Below are positions 57,301-64,000 of a DNA stretch of 64,000 bases, piece after piece (positions within the stretch are counted from its first letter, which is position 1; every line of letters starts with the position of its first letter). The DNA is from Hormiphora californensis (taxonomy: Eukaryota > Animalia > Ctenophora). The stretch is taken from assembly GCA_020137815.1 (NCBI GenBank), contig CM035358.1:1736001-1800000 (forward strand), read 5' to 3'. The notes beneath the pieces were generated by a model. It ran no database searches, was not told the origin of the DNA, and worked only from the letters and a program-made list of their open reading frames with translations. Position numbers and translations under genes: made by a program.

Positions 57301-60300
57301 ATTAGTCACTTGAGTAATTGTTCATCCTAGTAATTTTGTATCTAGATCCTCCATTTGTAGTTTCCCCTCAATTCCTCTGCCAATGACGGCTGGGGACACC
57401 CTGTATCTAGGGTCGGCTGGAATCTCTCTCCCTCGGTTGGGCACCCTACATCACTCTCCCAACCCTCAACATCCCAAGACAGTGGAAGATCATCATCCCT
57501 TTCCCAACTTCCCTTTTCACAGACAGTAGCATAAGCCTGGGCAACCACACACTTGGGAGGTAGCTCAGGGATGAACTGACCCTTGCACTCATCATAGACA
57601 CACCCCTCGATGTAAGGCTCCTTGTCGATCCCACATTGGGCGAGTTTACCGGCGCTAAACAGATTCTCACACTCCCGTCTCACACTACTGTATCTCCTAC
57701 CACACACATCTCTCACACTCTCAGCAGGTACTCCAACCTCACATCTCCTTCCAATCTTCCAGCTCTCACCAAACACAAATGGATCCCTGGTCATACCAGT
57801 TCCTTCTCGTCCTCATGTCAGTTATTCGGTTTACCATCGTTGTTACCGCACATACCGCACGTGCGAGTGCTCATGGGTGTCTGGATGGTTAGACTCACGT
57901 ACCCATCCCAGTAGAGCACAACACGTTCCTCCATGTCCACTACCAGCTTGCGTCCTGTGTTTTACCCACAACAACATACATCATGAGGGTAGCGCCATCA
58001 AATAAGAGAACGAATTCTGAGGATCTGCCTGTGATTCTTATTTCCTCAGTTAGGGTGGTTCTTTGGGACCACCTTTTGTCCGTCAACGTTAACCAACCAG
58101 CCTCTCTGGATCTCAACAATGTCTGAAGAGATCGGGGTTTAGTTTATAAATGAGGTCAATAAAAAAGGGGATAAAGACCAGGCCACTACCAATTCACCAG
58201 AAACCTTACCTCCAGTAACGATAAGTGTAGCGGACTCCAAACAAGATCCCTCCTTGTTCTCTCCACACGGCCTCATCCTTCCATAGACAAACCAACTTGC
58301 CTTCTCGCAGTCCATCGCCAGCACATTATCACACCTACCATTGTAGTCAAATGAACTCTTGTCATAGGTCAAGAAGTGGGGGTCTCCAAACACCTGGAAG
58401 GAAGAGAAGGGGGTTAGTAATTCAAGGAATCTGTCAATTATACCAGGTGTAGGAGAATATGAGATAATAATTTGGTGCGTTTTGGAGAATTGTTAATTAT
58501 GGCCAACTTTACCTAGTGTGGTATGTAACTTCGGAACAACATTTTTAATATCTCCTCTGGCTATAACTGCACATCTCACTTTCTCTCTCTCACACACGTG
58601 TATATGTAACTTACAGCACATGTAGATCGGGGGGCTTGAGGTGCTTCAAAGTTGTCTGGGGTGGGTGCAACGGTGGGTGTTGGAGCTATAGTGGGTGCTG
58701 TAGTGGGTGCCGGTACTACCTTCACATTCGCGACCAGGTGCCTGGGATATTATTATATGATTATGGGCCAATAATATTTAGGGGAGTGTTTTATCTTTTT
58801 TCCTTCTCTGAGTCTCCCTCTATCTATTTCTAATTAGTCTACCCATCACATATAATACGGATAAGAAGGGAATATTGTGAGATAGTGCCGCTGCAGAGAG
58901 CTCTGGCAACTGCAAGGTAACGTGCAGAGTAAAGGGCGCTCTGGCAAGCAATAATAATATGCAGTACAGCTGCTGCTCCGGCAAGTTATGTTATAATTTA
59001 CACGCTACATGTTACACACATGCTAACAAATGTAACATGGGAAACAAACAGACAAGCAGAGAAATAAACAGACAAACAGAGAAACAAACTCACTTGAACT
59101 CCATTGACTGTTTGCTGCATTTGATAGGCACACAATAGAACTTAGCAGTGGAGTCAACAGATACAGAGACCTGTCCTGATGTCATACCCACAGCAAATGA
59201 GTCCCTTTCGTTGTCCCTAAACCACTGAACTGAACAAAAACGGAAAAGAGGTGGATCTTGCTAGTTGCTTTAAACGGGGGGAGGGTGGGATGTTGTTAAT
59301 TTGGTAGAATAAAACTAGTGGAAGGAACGAGAGAAATCGTAATGTCCTGCCTCGCTGGAGTGACTTTGGGCACTATTATCATCATGATCATGATTAGGTA
59401 CAGATTTTTCTCTATCAGTACGACCGGAATGACTAATGTGGCTATACTAGTAAAATGACTATACATACTCTCAGTAATATGAACATCATAATCCACGGGG
59501 CATTCAAATTCAAACACCTCCCTATCACTAGTAGTCTCCATTCTAATTGTCTCAGCATCATTCTTTAGGAACACTGGGTCCTGGATGTTTTGCTGACAGG
59601 GCTTGTAGTACAGGGCTCGAATATCCGGGATGTTCTTTTCGCATGCTTGTCTGTTCATCTGAGAGGGAGATTGTGCGAATTATGATTTTTCCAAGGATTT
59701 ATGTTTTGAAAATCCTTATGAACGCATTGATTTAGATTCCCATAGCAGTCTCTTGATACTGTAACAATAGTCACGTGACACTACAATAGCAGTCACGTGA
59801 CACACTTACAAAGCAGGTGTTGGGCTGGGTTTCACAGTAGTTGTTGCACAGACCCCCGGATGGAAGGTAATTGAACAGTTCGGACATTTCACAGTATTGG
59901 GGGCACACACACTTAGTGGTTGAGGTGTAGGGGTCCGCTTCACATATCTGATAGGGAGGTATCATTCTGGAATCTGGGGCAATTGTATCAATAATGGATA
60001 GCAGATATAATGTAACTTTGGTCGCTTGACACTGTGTTTGAACTCTTCAAAGTGGATTTGGAATGTACATACCTTGGGTTCAGGGCACTGATTCTCAGGC
60101 AGGGCGCACAGGTCCAACAACCTCAGGTACGCCTCAGCTCTATCGCACCCGTAGTAGTTACAAGCCTGACAGGTATACCAGCCCTCATTATCCTCATTCA
60201 CATTAGTCATTGTCTGGACCACTCCGTTACCTGACATTTTATCCGAGGTCTTGGGTTGTAGCCGCTAAGGGGGAGAGGGAATTATGGGTTAGTTTTAATT

Positions 60301-62987
60301 CTACGCGGGGATAAGATTCTGCTACGACTGGAGGAAAGGTGTTAGCGCTTGACATATTTCGAGGGCAGTGTTATATAGTCATGAGTTGACATCTAGGTCG
60401 CCTGATTTTGACAAGAAGAATGTTGCTAGGAGATGTCCTAGTAGGGCTAGCATTCCAATATACTGTTTAAAGATTCCATATAATTACACTCATATGGCCT
60501 ACCCCTAGAATTCATCAAATGTTGGCATGTTGCCAATATTCAGCCCGGTAACCAGATGGAAAGTGAGGTACTGGGCCCTCTTATACTTACAGAAATGTCT
60601 GGGTAGTAGGTGTTCTCAGTTTTGGTGAGAGTAATTCCCGGAGAGGGATTTCCCTCCGCACTACAACTCATCTGGACAGTTCCTCCCTTTGCCACGGTTA
60701 CATTGACAGGCGGGGTAGTGATTCTCGTTGATACCTGGAAGAGAGAAGGAGTCGTATTGCAGAATTATAGTCGAAGAGAATTCTGAGAGATGGAATACCG
60801 ATAATATTTCTAGGATGGGGGGAATATAGGAGAAGGGCCGAGGGGAAGGTGGAGAGAGATGTTCTGAGTTAGATAAGAGACTAGGGAAGCCATGGTAAGT
60901 TAGAGGTCTCCCCTTTGATAAACATGGGCTACAGCTTCATTCGGTCTGAATCTGATTATGGTAGGATGCTAATGCATCGATCCTATTTATCGAGAATTAA
61001 CAAATCTAGTACGTTTGACACTTACTCCGTCTGGTTGTGAATCTTCATCATGATATGCAATGTCAGACTGAAAATGGAACAGGTCAAAAATTAATAACAA
61101 ACGTCAACTCGACAACTAAGCAGCTCCACTTATTTGGTCTAAATCTAGGCAAAAATCTATAATACCCACGTCAAATGGACTGAATGATGGTTCGATATTC
61201 TTCTCAGATCGGTACTGGGTTGTACTGGCTGGTAGAGTCCTCATCTGTCCCTCTGTCGTTAAGTAGTCAGCACTCGTGTACTAGATAGAGGGCAACAGGT
61301 AATGCAGGATAAATGGACAAAAAATGTTTAGAGAACAAAGGATATTCAATTCTAGATTCCAGTGAAACTCACCCGAACAGTTTCCAGAGTTGGACTACTC
61401 GACACCACATCCTCCTCATCAACAGGCTTATATTGGTCATCCTTCGCCTGGTTTATCCTACCACAATACTCCCGTAACCGCCGATCTACCCCAATGAACT
61501 TTGAGCATTCCTCAATATTCTCACAGAGGAACTGGGCTGATCCCCGTGAGCAGGACCACTCATTAGCGACCCCGTACTGGGCTGTTGAGGTGGCGATGAG
61601 GAGGAGGAGGAGGAGGGTTGGAAGGAGGGCCTCTCCACGGAGAATCATGGTGAGAGGAGCTATGTTAGGGAACACGTGTGGGGGTTAACAAGGAGTTATG
61701 CAGAAGATACAGAAATGATATATGCAAAAAGCAGGATCAAGAACTGTGGTAATTAAGTAGCAGAAATATTAAACGGAATGCGTGTTAGGATCAAATGTGT
61801 GTTTCATTCATTCTTTTCCAGTCACCCAATTTATCCTTCGTAAAAAATATTTCAAAGGCGAGACAAGTATGAGTTACAAACGGCAAGTATCAGCAATTTT
61901 TCATAGTATCATGAATATGTAAAGAGAGGAAGATAGTGAGTATCGGGGAATGCTGCATTGGAGATGACGGGAAGCACTGGAGAGAATTAGAAGGTTCTTT
62001 TGCAGAGAAGGAGAGGGTTTAGTTGAATTATCGGGCATGCAACTGATAAGGGTAATGCATGCTGCTGCTGGCTGCATTTATATTGTACCGGGTTCTGTTA
62101 TAGGTGTGGGATAGTACTAGAGGGAGAGACCATAGTGGAGAGATAGATAGAAAGAGAACGAGTGGGAAAGAGAAAGAGAGGGAGAGAGGAGACGTTATAG
62201 ACATGGGAAAATCAACAGATGAGTCATATATTCGGCACGTAGTATGATCTATAGGTAGGTACCTATCGTACAAGGTGTGGTATCTTCACAAAACATGACA
62301 CAACTAGATGACATTATGTCCGGTATTTCAATTCCGTCATCACTCAAGATCTGTAAAATTCATTGGCTCATTGCACTAGTACTGTAGTGTAATATCTCTC
62401 TGCAACTGATTCGGATATATATGATATATCGTACACCCTTCCATCTATTCAATGAACATATTCAGTGAATAAATGAGGTGGATAGGAATTAAATTAACGC
62501 CCTGTCGCCCTACCGCCGGCAATAATATGGGTCCTTGAATAACTTGGAATCTTGGAAGCAGAATAAAATTCAACAAGGATAATGCTAATTATAAGACGCT
62601 ACCTGGGAAACTGCTTTCCGAAGGAGAGGAACTGTTCAAACTGTATTCGAGAACAGTGCAGGCAAGGGGAGGGTACCCCGGTACCAAAAGAAATGTGGGT
62701 ACTGAATTTCAGGATAGAATTAATGCATTGATAAGACGAGCGCCGTCCATTATATTATATGTCCCTTTGAATTAAGCAAATCAGCCCCACCACCAGTTAT
62801 CACCCGATACATGCGACAGAGGCAGCTGTGTTACACGTATAATGGTATCAGTTGCGTCTTATAGAACGGAATCGGCAAAGTGATCTAAGGGGGTTGGTTA
62901 AAAAAAGTTGTTACAAAATGCGAGAATCCCAATATAGTAGTGCTGCAAAAGCGCTTCGACCAAAGTCTCTTGACGTTGCTTAGCTTG

Positions 62988-63063
<76 letters not shown>

Positions 63064-64000
63064 CCCCATCTCTCTCTCTCTCTCTCACCAGCACCAGGAA
63101 CTTTCTCACACTCAACGTGCTAACATCAAACCCTTCAATGACACTCCGTACGCAATAGCGTACGGTCCTATTATATTCGTGCTAGGCTACAAAACTAACT
63201 CTGGGATTTCTTGAAAATTATATCATCGTGAAATCCCAGTATTTTTCCCAGTCACAGATATTCTTTTCAAAACTGAGTGATTTATCCGCACAATCTCTCC
63301 AGGTCAAGGAAGATATTGAGAAGTTCAAGATGGAATCTGTAGACCTTGAAAACGAGAGGAAGAACATCCTATCTGATTTAGAGGGACGTCTGACCTCCAC
63401 TAATGGTCTCAAGGATGCCTACGATTTGAAGAGGGAGGGAACTTCCAAGACACTGGATCAACTTCAATCAGGTAGGTTGACAAGGGGGTGACAAATAGGT
63501 TGTCAGGGGTGATCGCAGGGAATTAGAGAACTACAAAGTAAACTAAAATGAAATGCATTGTTAATTCAAGATCAAAATATATATATTCACTCTTAAAATG
63601 CTGCATTCAAAATATAATAAGGTGCAAAGAATTTACACCAAAGGGATAATATATCCCATTCCCCAGCCCCTGGTATAATTTCCAACCATTCCCAGGTATC
63701 GACAGTCTATTCAACAAGATCAACTGTGACAAATCTCCCATAGTGGAGATGCTGGGAGACTCTGGAGTCACTGATAACAACATGATGCAGGTATCTTAGA
63801 ACTCTATCTTTCTATCTTAGAACTCTATCTTTCTATCTTAGAACTACATCTTTCTATCTTAGAACTCTATCTTTCTATCTTAGAACTCTATCTTTCTATC
63901 TTAGAACTCTATCTTTCTATCTTAGAACTCTATCTTTCTATCTTAGAACTCTATCTTTCTATCTTAGAACTCTATCTTTCTATCTTAGAACTCTATCTTT
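48303..64000 (+). CDS. ODAD1: Outer dynein arm docking complex subunit (ODAD1/CCDC114-CCDC63 family), multi-exon, 3' end outside window
   Basis: Approximate exons 48303-48378 (MNRPHSRRSDGSE), 50137-50232 (ELTKLQQQYRIM..KAYCEE), 50370-50500, 50599-50708, 52830-53014 (VLENRLDQALKRFN..IDHLRQEK), 56011-56079 (STAAYDQR), 56201-56429 (DEAQFKMLALKEK..HDRKLKEFM), 56526-56606, 57032-57114 (EDQNFALFNYVNELN), 63303-63471, 63696-63790. Confidence 0.88.
48410..49890 (-). mobile_element. Degenerate Mutator/FLYWCH transposon in ODAD1 intron 1
   Basis: YWYCSKKNDGCKAR...HTH (FLYWCH) at ~49090-49300 spliced to LP....RTVRRQR (48740-48955); inverted subterminal motif CTTAGCTGATCACT / AGTGATCAGCTAAG; boundaries approximate. 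Confidence 0.65.
50772..51415. mobile_element. MITE with 20-bp TIR
   Basis: AAAGGTATTCTTCGGGCTAG / CTAGCCCGAAGAATACCTTT; TSD unclear. Confidence 0.6.
51425..52790 (+). repeat. Two tandem arrays: 2 x ~475 bp ending in (ATGGTTT)n, then 3 x ~135 bp ending in a GC hairpin
   Basis: Unit starts CAAAACGCGGAGTTTTTACG at ~51426 and ~51900; TTTTCATCTGGTATTAAGGGCC...GGGGCCTTGCCAGGCCCCGAAT x3. Confidence 0.85.
53087..55887. mobile_element. 2.8-kb foldback DNA element with ~21-bp minisatellite arms, in an ODAD1 intron
   Basis: TTT|TAGTTAGGGGC...GCCCCTAACTA|TTT; ~500-bp unique inverted arms, then CTCTGACCCTCCCAGATACCC repeats mirrored about ~54430. Confidence 0.82.
57342..61648 (-). CDS. Secreted Ig + follistatin/Kazal-like + VWD/C8 domain protein nested in an ODAD1 intron; last exon frameshifted in this sequence
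   Basis: Signal peptide MILRGEALLPTLLLLLLIATSTA; Ig (MSCSAEGNPSP..DNEGWYTCQACNYYG); Kazal-like (KCVCPQYC..NTCFMNRQAC); VWD (FGDPHFLTYD..CDNVLAMDC; TCGMCGNNDG; FGESWK); C8-like (CVYDEC..AYATVC). Confidence 0.75.
63792..64000 (+). repeat. 21-bp minisatellite starting at a splice donor
   Basis: TATCTTAGAACTCTATCTTTC repeated to the end of the window. Confidence 0.95.

Overview
Intron-rich animal genomic DNA, most likely a ctenophore (Pleurobrachia-like). That assignment is an inference from a 42-nt motif I recall as the ctenophore spliced leader and from a recalled short hAT-type MITE. Host genes: the 3' part of RABGAP1 (+), a type I membrane protein (+), a TMEM104/SLC38-like transporter (-) carrying a nested F-type-lectin/discoidin-like gene, and an ODAD1/CCDC63-like dynein docking subunit (+) carrying a nested antisense Ig-Kazal-VWD gene. 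Introns and the 31-48 kb region are packed with transposons: MITEs and foldback elements of several superfamilies, a poly(A) retroelement, and two CR1-group LINEs. One LINE hosts an LTR element and a Penelope fragment with a hammerhead ribozyme, and the Penelope fragment is itself split by a foldback element. Top observation: both divergent LINEs begin with an identical 42-nt spliced-leader-like sequence just upstream of ORF1, suggesting LINE RNAs are SL-trans-spliced and integrated leader-first. Exon coordinates were read by eye and are approximate.
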